64,000 bases of DNA from Bdellovibrionales bacterium. GTDB taxonomy: Bacteria; Bdellovibrionota; UBA1018; CAIMNF01. Position 1 is the stretch's first letter; the number at the start of each line of letters is the position of its first letter. This document shows, in pieces, positions 55,601-63,713 of the stretch. A program made the position numbers and the translations under genes. The stretch spans positions 40,429 to 104,428 of the forward strand of contig CANNBJ010000005.1 of the NCBI GenBank assembly GCA_947502835.1. The letters run 5' to 3'. Below the pieces are notes generated by a model. That model did not search any database. It was not told the DNA's origin and saw nothing but the letters and a program-made list of their open reading frames with translations.

Positions 55601-55875
55601 GGCGAAGCGGCCCGGTCGCTTGCGAGAGTGAAGTTTGAAGCGCCCGAGATCCGATAGTAGACCGAGTAGGCGGAAGCATTCTTGGAGGAGCTCCATTGCA
55701 GGGTGGCCTCGAGGATTCCCGGAGAGGCCGACAGGATTTCAAATCGATTGGGCGAAATGAGGAAGGGTGTGTGATTCAGGTTGAAGGTTGAGCCGGACGA
55801 GCCCAAAAGGGGATTGCCGGTGCAAGCCCCTAACATGGAGATCAAGAACAACGATTGAATCCACTGAAATTTCAT
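49639..55875 (-). CDS. Giant (2078 aa) surface lipoprotein: N-terminal FN3, multiple Ig-like/choice-of-anchor-D domains, C-terminal RCC1/BLIP-II β-propeller repeats
   Basis: Lipoprotein signal MKFQWIQSLFLISMLGAC. FN3-like YSVYYRISGASNFT…YEFKVTAVN. ITNSGNGAASGCSAPTLS…TCGT choice-of-anchor-D units. ≥7 RCC1-type repeats (YHACALLSDQTVKCWG, GANHTCATLNSGSVYCWG…). Confidence 0.8.
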   Translation of the reverse strand: MKFQWIQSLFLISMLGACTGNPLLGSSGSTFNLNHTPFLISPNRFEILSASPGILEATLQWSSSKNASAYSVYYRISGASNFTLASDRAASPYVVSGLQNNTTYEFKVTAVNDHGSLDSSPVSITLSASPSVVPHHLIFAVQPIATTGLQAGALLSVQPKVQILSETDALTTANSIPIVLSLFSDSDCQVPVATTPNRSDSLSGSLSGNSASGELQFENVRVNLASQSLFLGATSAGLISACSRAFSINPGAYSLAESSVTASAASVASGDSISISLTAKDQFGNSNPSGLPSDSSILFTSSSVGGTGSFDRIDSSGSGFYTSSFTGVLAGSVILGASISGSLVLANDSVTVIPGAATRLSFSSVPASTPAGTAFDVTITALDGNGNTATSFANPVSFTSSDTQAILPSASSLTSGTGSFSVTLKTAGSITITAASTGITSASASVTVSAGAASRLTWDLDPAPASLTAGMVFTSQPQISVRDPYDNLLASASGTVRIAAYSDLNCEGSELKFGLGGGSTPMNVSKSLVNGVASFSSVSALSTSMKSIKAIFGSITSCTSGFNVAPGPLQGVATQVTFSQVPSTATAGTPIASGLSFEIHDAYHNKVSTSGTAQLALYDDAGCTVASPAFTNRYFLSSLLCNEASCNSLSMTSGTATVSSLTFRRSEPGWQQYRTGPLYLKVSSGNLTGDCSPAIPVTPGSVDNRLTPVRTSSTSVNVLASNHGGVGEAFLLEIQLSLEDHFGNYSTVGLPTSAHFYTVEGGGTFGQVANPAPGLYTVRYTPLALGINAWNIDLYIPFTDYVFPSFSVGPGSPASIAFSTPPAPLTLSAYSLSFSTQPVVTALDSLGNISSLDSSSQISLTAYNASNCSGSVINAGLGGTLIKPLSLGIATFSGLSIQNTTIRSIKASLGSITTCQSGISVVNSRAPVASTVSQGLSQAAMTLTLPYTDSEGDLATACSVISSGGLVVSSPCSCTSGVCRVGIMGSNGLNSATFTYTVTTADGLTSNIGTLNLSNSPPVLSNLAWAPTTPVTAIQALFTLPSATDPDGDTISSCSITDLSNVTISLPCECSNGVCQVGLTASALGTTSGSFKYSVFSNNLNSQEGTATVSISLPNLTFDPVARPYGSVTVGETGGGLSFTITNSGNGAASGCSAPTLSPSTHFRITSDTCGTANLAAGASCVVQVAASPTASGRQTTTLSRSCTNLFGETRTQSTTTNGIEVAGVASAPILTSYADSTVDFANVRVGSASAKKEIILTNSGFGTLTGCSAPTLSNSSDFMIVSDTCGTSNLSKGAACTVTVVAKPTVASRIDGTLNRACTQSSISVALSLSAFSGSVSALSSTLGANNSCVLISDGTIRCWGQGGNGVNGSGVTTDQPNSGAVSGINSATAVVMGYLHACALLSDQTVKCWGINDNLQAGGTSTVKSLSPVQIETSPGAPLTNVAVIAAGANHTCATLNSGSVYCWGQGSETAPVNGTTSPSTYALPISGITDAQPSSGALAGGDGFSCAVRTNGGVRCWGANGTFTKQLGNNTGVPSSVAVDVLASAGNVLTGASAIALSDSSACVRMGGVIKCWGTGGSGQIGNGSTTQQPYPTANGITSATSVVAASRGSSFCAVLSGAGGVKCWGLNRYGILGDGTETTRLSPVSVAGISNALQISMGENHVCALTSSSESPVKCWGLATSYRTGRGYPSVLIPSTGTLVSSLGPLRQVSSGGSSACALTTSGQVRCFGAGSNGQLGNGSQNNGYKSATTVNLGTGLTATSIAAGNSHYCALLGNSTIKCWGHGQFGTIGNNSTSGALIPQPVSGISNANQVGSGNYYSCALLSDKTVWCWGMNTRGQLGNAPAIPGPGVQSNVPVQVSGITTATQISVGYDHACALLQDRTVRCWGDNTNGQYGNDTGGSGVFGNIPQQADISGVIAISAGNKFTCALLNNSTVKCWGAGANGMLGNGVSINSQRTPDSVVSGEEGGAVLTRITAISSTQNSSCGIRKATGTTQLVCWGQNSFGQRGLGNINTSLYRRSYEVPGMTDITSISQAPTEHTFCAISSTGTPYCFGNNDSNQTGVDHMIIDSVQGL

Positions 55876-56057
55876 TAAATTCCGCCCATCATCCTTCTTT
55901 TCGGGCTGATTTAATTATCCTTTAATTGACTTTTTTGGTCAAAATTAAAGAAATCTTTTCACTTTGGGGCCCATGAGGGGTGGGATCATTATAAATAATT
56001 GTATTTATTGGTATATTTTATGAAGAGCTTTCGACTCCGTCCACCTCTGGATCGGTC

Positions 56058-57782
56058 TTAAGGGCCTTGGTTCGCCTCGAGCAGGACCAAAGTCACATCA
56101 TCGGGAGGCGTGGAGCCGAAAAATTCCCGCGCCTGCTCCATCAGGTTTTCAAGAATTTGTTCGGGGGCTATTCCCGATTTTACCCACGAATCAATGAGAG
56201 GGAGGATTTCCTTCTTGTTCAAAGCCTTCTGGTCCGTCGGACGATGGTCAAAGAGACCATCACTGTAGAGCACCAATCTTGATCCCGAAGGGAAGGGCTT
56301 GGTAAAGATGGTGGCGATTTCGACATCCTCGGTTCCCATGGGGTGGGAGGGTGCGGATTTCAGGCTTTCGGGTTCGGCGGATGCTCCTTCCCAGAAGAAA
56401 GGCCTCGGGTGTGAATAGTTCTGATAGCTCATGACACCCGAATCAAGGTCGATGATTCCGATCATGCAACTGAACCATGTGGCTCCTTTTGCAGATTTTG
56501 TCACCGCGGAGTTGAGCGTGCTGCCGAGATGTTGGAGGGATTCCTCGGTCGAGCTCAAGTGAATCGAGTGCGATTCGACACTTTCCATCAATGCAGTGAA
56601 GGCTCCGAATACCGATGCGGTAATCAAGGCGGCGGGAACTCCGTGGCCTGTGACATCACCGAAAACGAAATAAATCCGGCTTCCGATTTTCCGGAACTGC
56701 CAGAGATCGCCTCCGCACTCTGACGCGCTTTTGCTGACTCCCTTGATTTTGATCCTTTGGTCCTGAAAAGAGCCGCTTGGAAAGAACTGCTTTTGCACGA
56801 ATTCAGCAGCCTCCAACTCCTTCTCCATCCTTGCCTTGGTGGCTGTTTCGCTGATCAACATCTTGATCTTGCGACTCATATCAAGAAAGGTATTGGAGAG
56901 TACCGAGATCTCATCCCGGCTGGCTTGGGTTTCATCAAGGGTTATGTCGAGATTTCCCTTTGAAATTTCACGGGAAGCAAGAGTCAGGTCATCAATTCTC
57001 CGTGTAATCGCTTTCAGCAGAATGAGTGTGATCCCGAGGGCAAAGAACAGCAGGGCAAGGCCAAGAATAATCGATCTTTCAATCAAGGATCGTGCAGACT
57101 GGAATGCGACATCCTTTGAAACCATGCTCAAAACCAGAATATTCCCTCCTAGAATCGCGCGATACCCGAGGAGATAGGACCGTTGGTTGATGGTGATTTC
57201 CTGGGTGCCCTGTTCAAAACCGGGATTCACAGTGGCTGCAATCAGGTTGCAGGAGCCGTCTTTTTTGAAAGTTTCCCGTTCGATCCCGAATAAAACCCGC
57301 TTCTTGGTCGGGGAGGTAACACAGAGGTTGAAGTCCTGGGCGAGTTGTTCCTCATTCAGTTGCAAGCGGTTCGATGTGAAACTGAACACTCTCCCGTCCG
57401 AAAGGTGTAAAACCACATCGACGCCGCTCTGATCACTGGAGCGGATGAGATCAATGTATTGGGGTTCGGGGCTCGTTCTTTTCAGCTCCCGGGATTCGAT
57501 TCCAAACAGATTCTTAAGCGCGAGCAATTGAGTAGCGATATCCTGATTCCCGCCCTCTTCGGCTCGAACCGCAAGTCTTGATACCGGCTCAAGGAGCAAA
57601 TTGAGATTCTTTGCCACCGAATCGGCCTGTGAGGCAGCGTAATCAAAAATGTAGGAAGTCTTATCCCGAATGATGAGATTGCTCCCGAGAATGACCAGGG
57701 CTGATCCGCTGATCAGAAGGGCCATGAGGATCAAAATCGTGATCTTCGTTCGAATCGAAAGGTCGAATCGCATAAGGTGCAT
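56058..57782 (-). CDS. Membrane sensor PP2C-family Ser/Thr phosphatase (periplasmic sensor + HAMP + SpoIIE/RsbU-like)
   Basis: N-terminal TM, ~200-aa periplasmic region, second TM. HAMP (ITRRIDDLTLASREISKGNLDITLD). PP2C motifs GDLWQF…GDVTGHGVPAALITASV…VLYSDGLFD. Confidence 0.75.
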   Translation of the reverse strand: MHLMRFDLSIRTKITILILMALLISGSALVILGSNLIIRDKTSYIFDYAASQADSVAKNLNLLLEPVSRLAVRAEEGGNQDIATQLLALKNLFGIESRELKRTSPEPQYIDLIRSSDQSGVDVVLHLSDGRVFSFTSNRLQLNEEQLAQDFNLCVTSPTKKRVLFGIERETFKKDGSCNLIAATVNPGFEQGTQEITINQRSYLLGYRAILGGNILVLSMVSKDVAFQSARSLIERSIILGLALLFFALGITLILLKAITRRIDDLTLASREISKGNLDITLDETQASRDEISVLSNTFLDMSRKIKMLISETATKARMEKELEAAEFVQKQFFPSGSFQDQRIKIKGVSKSASECGGDLWQFRKIGSRIYFVFGDVTGHGVPAALITASVFGAFTALMESVESHSIHLSSTEESLQHLGSTLNSAVTKSAKGATWFSCMIGIIDLDSGVMSYQNYSHPRPFFWEGASAEPESLKSAPSHPMGTEDVEIATIFTKPFPSGSRLVLYSDGLFDHRPTDQKALNKKEILPLIDSWVKSGIAPEQILENLMEQAREFFGSTPPDDVTLVLLEANQGP

Positions 57783-57901
57783 CTTCGTATCGGTAAAGGC
57801 CTTTGAAATCTAAAGTGAATCCCAAAAAGCCGGGGTCCTTGACCAAGGCGAGGCCGATTAAAGCTCTGTCGCGATTCTGACGAAAAGGGAGACGGGAGGA
57901 A

Positions 57902-59713
57902 ATGTCCTTAAGTCAAATGATAAAGCCGGATGGATCGATCATCACGTCGAAGGAAGGCCTTTTGGGCATCCTGTGCCTTTTGTTGGGTGCAGGGTTCTCT
58001 TATGCGTTCTTCTTGAACGGATTTGCATCCTCTGAAACCCGGGCGCGAGTCAGATCGAGTATCGGAAGCCTCGAGAGTATGACTGGCGGGGTTCGATACC
58101 GGTACACAAGCTCGGCCCTTTGGCAGGACATTCCTTCAACCGCGAAAAAAGAGGTGGGGATTGGGGATGCGGTTTTCACCTCAAACAGCGCTTCTGCGAA
58201 AATCGGGATGGAGGATGGAATTGAAGTGCTCATTCAGCCTTCCTCCATGGTGGTTTTTTCCCCTCCGAAAAAGATCATGGGTTCGATCCCGGCTGAGAGG
58301 GCTGTCATTCAGGTGAAAAAGGGGCAAGTCAAACTGAGTGTAAAAGCCCTGGCAGCGACACCGATCCTCCTTGAACTGAATGGAAAGACCTATACGATTC
58401 CGAAGGATAGCCTTTCCTCGAGTGAGGGAAAATCCGTGGTGGTGTCCCTGAACGAGACCAATCAAAAGCCCATGATTACCCTTGAGTCCACGGATCCAGT
58501 CCGGGGCGCCCCATCCCCTGCGATCGAGATTCCCTTTGAAGAGGTCAAGGTTGAGGAAGTGAAAGTCGAGGAGGCCACGTCCGCGAAAGATCCATTGGAG
58601 TCTCAGGCCCGGATCGCAACCGTGCCTGCATCGAATCCGGTGGTGGAGCTTGAGAAAAATGCACCCATTCGATTTACCGCGACTGAAATCAAGAAGGTGG
58701 AAGTACCCCTTCCCCGCTCACCCAAAGCTGAAATTGAGGTGAGGCCAACGGTGGAGCCGCCACCTGATGTTGCGAAGGCCCCCGAGCCAGCTCCCATTCG
58801 AATCACGATGAGTGAGCTGAAGGACGTCAGTGTCGAGGCTGCGCCACGGATCTCAGAGGCCAAAGCAGAAGAGTTGATGCCAGTTCCCGAGCCCAAGCGG
58901 GCGCCATTGCCTGTGGCACGAAAAATCGCGTCAGAAGCACCTGCTGAATCCAAATCCGATCCCGGAACTGAGTCGAAGGTTGACCCGTCGCCTGCCCCGC
59001 CCAAAGTGGATTCAGCAATCCTGGGCGAAGAGGAGTCCAAGAGCCTGATTCAGGTAAATCTTGGTTCGTCCTTTTTGAAGTATGAGGGCAAGGACACCAC
59101 GAACGGCAGCACCGGAGTGCTCGGTTCAAGCTCTTCGATTCGATTGGGTATGGATTGGATTGCGAAGATCGGTGAAATGAGCCAAATCCGCCTTGGCATG
59201 AATCTGCAAAAGGTGGAGATCTCGGATTTGAGCTCATTCTCCTTGCAAGGAACCGCTCAGTCCCTGGTGAAACTTCATGCGGCGTATGAGACACGGATTC
59301 TAGACCAGTTCGACCTCGTCATCGAGGCAGGACAGAGGGACCATTTGCTCTATCGGGCAATTTCGGTTTCGTCGATCAAGATCGATAAGGCGCCCGCGCT
59401 CTATGGTGAGATTGGGATTCGATCCCGTGTGATTTCGAATTCCTACCTGAATGGAGATCTTCGCGGGGGATTCCGGATTCATGCTCCGATCAAAATTGAT
59501 TTCTACCAGTCCAGGATGGGTACCGGGTTCACTGGCGCGTTCACACTCTCTCAGGAACTGAAAGCCATGACTCTGTTTGCGGAGCCTTTTTATCAGAGGG
59601 ATGCAATTCCGTTTCAGTCTCTCGATTATACGGAGACAGAACTCGGCTTGGTCTTTGGAGTAAACTTCAGATTGGGCTCATTTCTCCCAAATCCACGAAA
59701 AGGGAGCCGGTAA
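57902..59713 (+). CDS. Hypothetical single-pass membrane protein with FecR-like β-domain, Pro/Glu-rich linker and C-terminal β-rich domain
   Basis: TM LLGILCLLLGAGFSYAFFL. FecR-like region (GDAVFTSNSASAKIGMEDGIEVLIQPSSMVVF…KGQVKLSV). PEPxP-rich linker (aa ~200-370). Confidence 0.5.
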   Translation: MSLSQMIKPDGSIITSKEGLLGILCLLLGAGFSYAFFLNGFASSETRARVRSSIGSLESMTGGVRYRYTSSALWQDIPSTAKKEVGIGDAVFTSNSASAKIGMEDGIEVLIQPSSMVVFSPPKKIMGSIPAERAVIQVKKGQVKLSVKALAATPILLELNGKTYTIPKDSLSSSEGKSVVVSLNETNQKPMITLESTDPVRGAPSPAIEIPFEEVKVEEVKVEEATSAKDPLESQARIATVPASNPVVELEKNAPIRFTATEIKKVEVPLPRSPKAEIEVRPTVEPPPDVAKAPEPAPIRITMSELKDVSVEAAPRISEAKAEELMPVPEPKRAPLPVARKIASEAPAESKSDPGTESKVDPSPAPPKVDSAILGEEESKSLIQVNLGSSFLKYEGKDTTNGSTGVLGSSSSIRLGMDWIAKIGEMSQIRLGMNLQKVEISDLSSFSLQGTAQSLVKLHAAYETRILDQFDLVIEAGQRDHLLYRAISVSSIKIDKAPALYGEIGIRSRVISNSYLNGDLRGGFRIHAPIKIDFYQSRMGTGFTGAFTLSQELKAMTLFAEPFYQRDAIPFQSLDYTETELGLVFGVNFRLGSFLPNPRKGSR

Positions 59714-59876
59714 GGCGAACCCAGGAGTTGACCTTCAAGGCGAGAGAATCAACACAGGAGCATCGATCCGACGAGTATTCACTCAGATGGCTCTCGTCCC
59801 AATTCAATGATTCTCAGTGGAACCCATGGGCTTTTGTGCTGGTACGGTGGTCATCATGGAAACAATTCAAGGAACC

Positions 59877-60350
59877 TCAGCATGGACTGGTGTCATCAGC
59901 CGAGCAATAGAGAAGCAACTCAACAGGAGTTCCTGCCTCGCCATTGATGATCGGGGTTACGAGATAGTAGGTACCGCTTCCGGGACCATGTGCGCCGCCA
60001 CAGAAATTGGTACCAGAATCCCTGAAGTCACTGACTTCACAGGTGGAGGGATCGATGCTTGGGGGAATGTAGGGAGTTGGACCTCGAGAATAGGCAATCG
60101 TGCAGTTGGTGAGAGTTCCCCCCGTAACACTCGGGACCCCCGAGGTGGCGTAAGTATAGCCGTTTGACATGTTATAGCTCACGAAATTGATGGAATTTGA
60201 AACATAGGTGACGGTAGCTGTTTGCGAGGAGTTTCCGTCATTCGAAGCCGAACCCTCACCTCCCTGATTCAACATTCCGCAAGAGCTCGTAAAGGGGCCC
60301 GCAGCCATAAGACAAAGTAAAATTAATTTTCTCGAATCAAGAATGCCCAT
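59877..60350 (-). CDS. Hypothetical lipoprotein
   Basis: MGILDSRKLILLCLMAAGPFTSSC lipoprotein signal. G/S/T-rich, 6 Cys. Confidence 0.5.
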   Translation of the reverse strand: MGILDSRKLILLCLMAAGPFTSSCGMLNQGGEGSASNDGNSSQTATVTYVSNSINFVSYNMSNGYTYATSGVPSVTGGTLTNCTIAYSRGPTPYIPPSIDPSTCEVSDFRDSGTNFCGGAHGPGSGTYYLVTPIINGEAGTPVELLLYCSADDTSPC

Positions 60351-60544
60351 GGCTATAGAGTCGCATGAAATCGAAAATTAACAATGTGTCGTGCCTTACC
60401 CGGATTGTGTGGAAAGACAATTTGGCAATTCCTTCGGATACTTGAACAAGAGTCCGAGACCCGGCTTGGGTGAGGTTTGATCCGCACCGGGAATGCAACT
60501 CTTCATTTTTGACATGCCGCGAATACGGTGCTAAACCCCTTCGC

Positions 60545-61249
60545 ATGATCAAATTCACCAAATTCATTGTACTCTTGGCCCTGATTCAAACCCTTCCAGC
60601 CCGTGCTGAAGGACCAGCGACGGTGATCGCAGAAGAGGCGGAACTGGCGACTCTTCCCGGTGAGGAATCCACAAGTCTTGCGGGCTCGATCCGCGTAAAA
60701 GAAATCCGCGAGTACCTGAAAACAGCCGATGTCACCCGGACCTGCATGGATGAAATGGTGAAGCTTCGGGGGCGCATGATTCTGAAGCTCTCGCTTAAGC
60801 CGATTGAAGGCATCATCGAGTTTGCAGGGGGCGCCTACTTTGGATTTTTTGCAGGCGCGATGATCGCAGGAGGGCCCGCAAAGGGCTGGGATGCGCTGCT
60901 CGGTGGAGTGCTTGGAGCATTTGCGGGAATGGGTGGAGCAATCATCTACACCGGTGTCGACACCTCCGTCACCTCTGTGAAGCTTCATCGCTTGAATTTG
61001 ATTTTGAAGGCACTTGGCGAGCAGGCCATGGGTCGCGCGGGTTCAAAAACCGATGCTTTGTATGATTTTTATTCCCGTCGCTCCCCGACGGCTCCGATGT
61101 CAAAAGAAGCGTTTGTTTCAAGGCTGATTGAGGCGGATCGCAATGGATCGCTTTGTGATGGTTCGATGGTCCGTCAACGCATCTTTCGACGCGGTCTTCG
61201 TTCCCGCGTTGCGGGAGCCAAAGAATTTGTGAATGCGATTGTGCCTTGA
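60545..61249 (+). CDS. Hypothetical secreted protein with glycine-zipper membrane segment
   Basis: Signal peptide MIKFTKFIVLLALIQTLPARA. GGAYFGFFAGAMIAGGPAKGWDALLGGVLGAFAGMGGAIIYTG Gly-zipper. ATG at 60545 within the longer ORF. Confidence 0.5.
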   Translation: MIKFTKFIVLLALIQTLPARAEGPATVIAEEAELATLPGEESTSLAGSIRVKEIREYLKTADVTRTCMDEMVKLRGRMILKLSLKPIEGIIEFAGGAYFGFFAGAMIAGGPAKGWDALLGGVLGAFAGMGGAIIYTGVDTSVTSVKLHRLNLILKALGEQAMGRAGSKTDALYDFYSRRSPTAPMSKEAFVSRLIEADRNGSLCDGSMVRQRIFRRGLRSRVAGAKEFVNAIVP

Positions 61250-61256
61250 AGTCTGA

Positions 61257-61676
61257 TTAGCCTTGGACTCTTCTCGCTAAAATCAGAATCAACTGAATCG
61301 ACCAAAGGATGGTCCTGATCCAGTTTGATCGGATCAAACGGTTGATCGAATATTCATTCTTCCCGTTCGCAAGGAGGGAGTGGGTGGGAGCGGATAAAAT
61401 TGCTGTTGCGGCAAGAATCAATCCGATCGAAATTGCATGGAAAATCCATTCGAAGTTTCGTTCGCCTTCGAGCACCACCATCGCAACGAAAAAAGGCTCG
61501 GCAATCATCGGGCCTACGAGGAATGAAATCCTGTCACAATGCCGTTTGTGAAACGCCTTGAAGTCCGAGTCCGCCACGAGCCTGAAGTTGGGATAAACCA
61601 GGACCTGCACAAGCCAGATCACGGCCGTCATCCAGATCACACAAAAATCATGAAGATCAATCCAAAGGGAATGCAT
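61257..61676 (-). CDS. Hypothetical 4-TM membrane protein
   Basis: Hydrophobic helices (VIWMTAVIWLVQVLV, LVGPMIAEPFFVAMVVL, ISIGLILAATAILSA, ILWSIQLILILA). Confidence 0.45.
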   Translation of the reverse strand: MHSLWIDLHDFCVIWMTAVIWLVQVLVYPNFRLVADSDFKAFHKRHCDRISFLVGPMIAEPFFVAMVVLEGERNFEWIFHAISIGLILAATAILSAPTHSLLANGKNEYSINRLIRSNWIRTILWSIQLILILARRVQG

Positions 61677-61704
61677 CGCTTGCCCTCCATGGTAGCATGC
61701 CTTT

Positions 61705-62397
61705 GTGAGTTGGACGATTGAACAGCGGTGGAGTCATGCGCTCTTTTTGAACTGGAAGGTTTCCGAGGCGGCCCTCCAGCATCAGGTGCCGTTTCCCCTT
61801 GATTTGCATGAGGGGCAGGCGGTGCTTTCGCTCGTTCCCTTTTTCATGGATCAAATCCGGTTTCGGGGGCTTCCGAGAGTCCCCGTTTTTTCGAGCCTCT
61901 GGGAGCTCAACCTACGGACGTACGTGAAAGTGAACGGAGTTCCTGGCATTTATTTTTTCACTCTGGAGACCCCCCATGGACTCGGGAATTTCATTGCAAG
62001 AACCTTCTTTGATCTTCCGTACCGGAAAGCACGGATCTCAGCAGATGTCGGGGAGAAGGACTATTCCCTGCGCGCAGAAGGCCGGCGTGCGGATCTTGTG
62101 CCCTATGATCTAAGCCTTGATCTTGAGATCGGGGCGACCGAAAGCACAGATCCGTTTCAGAAATGGATCACCGAGCGTTATCACTTGTTTTTGAAGAAAG
62201 GGGATATCACGATCCGGGGTGATGTTCACCATGAACCCTGGAAGACCCGATCGATCAAAGTCCACTCGCTTCAGGGTGGCATCTCGATCCTGCCGAAGCT
62301 TCCGGGGGCCCACGAATTGGCATCAAGTTTTGCTGGAGATCCTCTTAAGGTGAGATTTTCGCCTTTTGTCGTTCAGGAAGACCAGCGCTTGCGGTAA
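61705..62397 (+). CDS. DUF2071 (YqjF-like) family protein
   Basis: N-terminal W..ALFLNW motif, SLWELNLRTYV and overall ~230-aa length match DUF2071. Confidence 0.55.
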   Translation: MSWTIEQRWSHALFLNWKVSEAALQHQVPFPLDLHEGQAVLSLVPFFMDQIRFRGLPRVPVFSSLWELNLRTYVKVNGVPGIYFFTLETPHGLGNFIARTFFDLPYRKARISADVGEKDYSLRAEGRRADLVPYDLSLDLEIGATESTDPFQKWITERYHLFLKKGDITIRGDVHHEPWKTRSIKVHSLQGGISILPKLPGAHELASSFAGDPLKVRFSPFVVQEDQRLR

Positions 62398-63713
62398 GCA
62401 CCATCGCCGTCGTAATTTTCTGCCTGAAGATCCGGATTGAAGATCCGATCCCGCGGATCCGTTCCCACTCCGGCAAGGTACATCCAGTTCCCCTGGTTGG
62501 TCTCGACATCGAAATCACTCAGATTCTCCTCAAACCACGATGCTCCCCAGAGCCAAGGGAGCTTCATGATTCTCGCAAGGAAGCTTGCCACATTTTGCCG
62601 TCCACGATTGGACATCCATCCGGAGACTTTCAGTTCCCGCATGTTCGCATCGATGAAATCGTTCCCGGTTTCGCCCGCGCACCAGCGCTCGAATTGCTTC
62701 TGGTCCGGAGACGACTCACGTTCTTCATTTCGAAGCCCTTGGGCACTAAAGAGTCGGTCGCCCGAGCGAAGTGCTAGGAACTTGAAATAATCGCGCCATT
62801 CAAGCTCATAAAGAAGGGCCTCGGCCCCCTTGCTTGGGCCTATCTGATCCTGGAGTCTCAAGATTTCAGCATGAACTTGCCGCGCGGAAATGCAGCCTTG
62901 CGCAAGATAGGGCGAGAGTTTTGAGGAATCGTCCCGTGCAAGGAGTCCGTTTCGGGTCTCATGATAGTGCATTACCGCGCGCGATTCCCAAAAATAGTCC
63001 CGAAGGCGCAGGATTGCATTCCTCTCTCCGCCACGGAAACGGAAGCTGCGATCTTGCAGCTCGACAGGTGCGATTCCATTCGTTGAAATCTCCGGAAGTG
63101 AAAAACCGGAAATCGGTGGCACGATCTGTGTTTTTGCTGCTCTGATTTTCCTTTGGAAGGGCGAAAAAGTGGCAGGCAGTCCGTCCAAGGAAAATGGCAG
63201 ATCGGATTCAAGGTAGAGCGTTCCATGGTCGTAGAGGGTGATCTGTTTCTTCGGAAGGACGGAAGTGCACGAATCAAGCAACTTCTGATCCCTGGAATTG
63301 AATCTTCGGGAAGTGAGCAAGGCAAGATCGGGATTTGCGTGAAACACATTTCTGATGAATGACTCAACTTCTGTGCTTTCAAGTCTCAGCAAGGGAATCT
63401 CAAGGAGCTTAAGGGATGCTTCCAAATCATCCAGGCACTCCCGCTCAAAGCAGCCGGCAGGCGAGAGAGGATTTCTTGGTGAGAGCGCGAGCGCAATCCA
63501 GCGGCCACCCGACTCCAGTACGAGATTCATTCCCGCATGATCGTTCACGCGCAAATCTCGATGAAACCAGATGAGGCCTTTCGGGGGATTGTCTTTAAAA
63601 TCAATGCTCACATCCCTGATGTACTCCGGACCGTAAAAAAAGAAAACATCATCAGAGAACTTGCAACTTTCAGCATCTCGGGTGAAAGTTCGACTCCGGA
63701 GGTCGATTCCCAT
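62373..63713 (-). CDS. phr: Cryptochrome/photolyase family protein (CRY-DASH-like deoxyribodipyrimidine photolyase)
   Basis: LIWFHRDLRVNDHAGM N-terminal α/β domain. FAD-binding C-terminus (WRDYFKF…GxTGxDFIDANMREL…GWMSNRGRQNVASFL…NQGNWMYLAGVGTDPR). Start uncertain: ATG at 63713, or internal GTG (VSIDFKDNPPKG). Confidence 0.8.
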   Translation of the reverse strand: MGIDLRSRTFTRDAESCKFSDDVFFFYGPEYIRDVSIDFKDNPPKGLIWFHRDLRVNDHAGMNLVLESGGRWIALALSPRNPLSPAGCFERECLDDLEASLKLLEIPLLRLESTEVESFIRNVFHANPDLALLTSRRFNSRDQKLLDSCTSVLPKKQITLYDHGTLYLESDLPFSLDGLPATFSPFQRKIRAAKTQIVPPISGFSLPEISTNGIAPVELQDRSFRFRGGERNAILRLRDYFWESRAVMHYHETRNGLLARDDSSKLSPYLAQGCISARQVHAEILRLQDQIGPSKGAEALLYELEWRDYFKFLALRSGDRLFSAQGLRNEERESSPDQKQFERWCAGETGNDFIDANMRELKVSGWMSNRGRQNVASFLARIMKLPWLWGASWFEENLSDFDVETNQGNWMYLAGVGTDPRDRIFNPDLQAENYDGDGAYRKRWSS

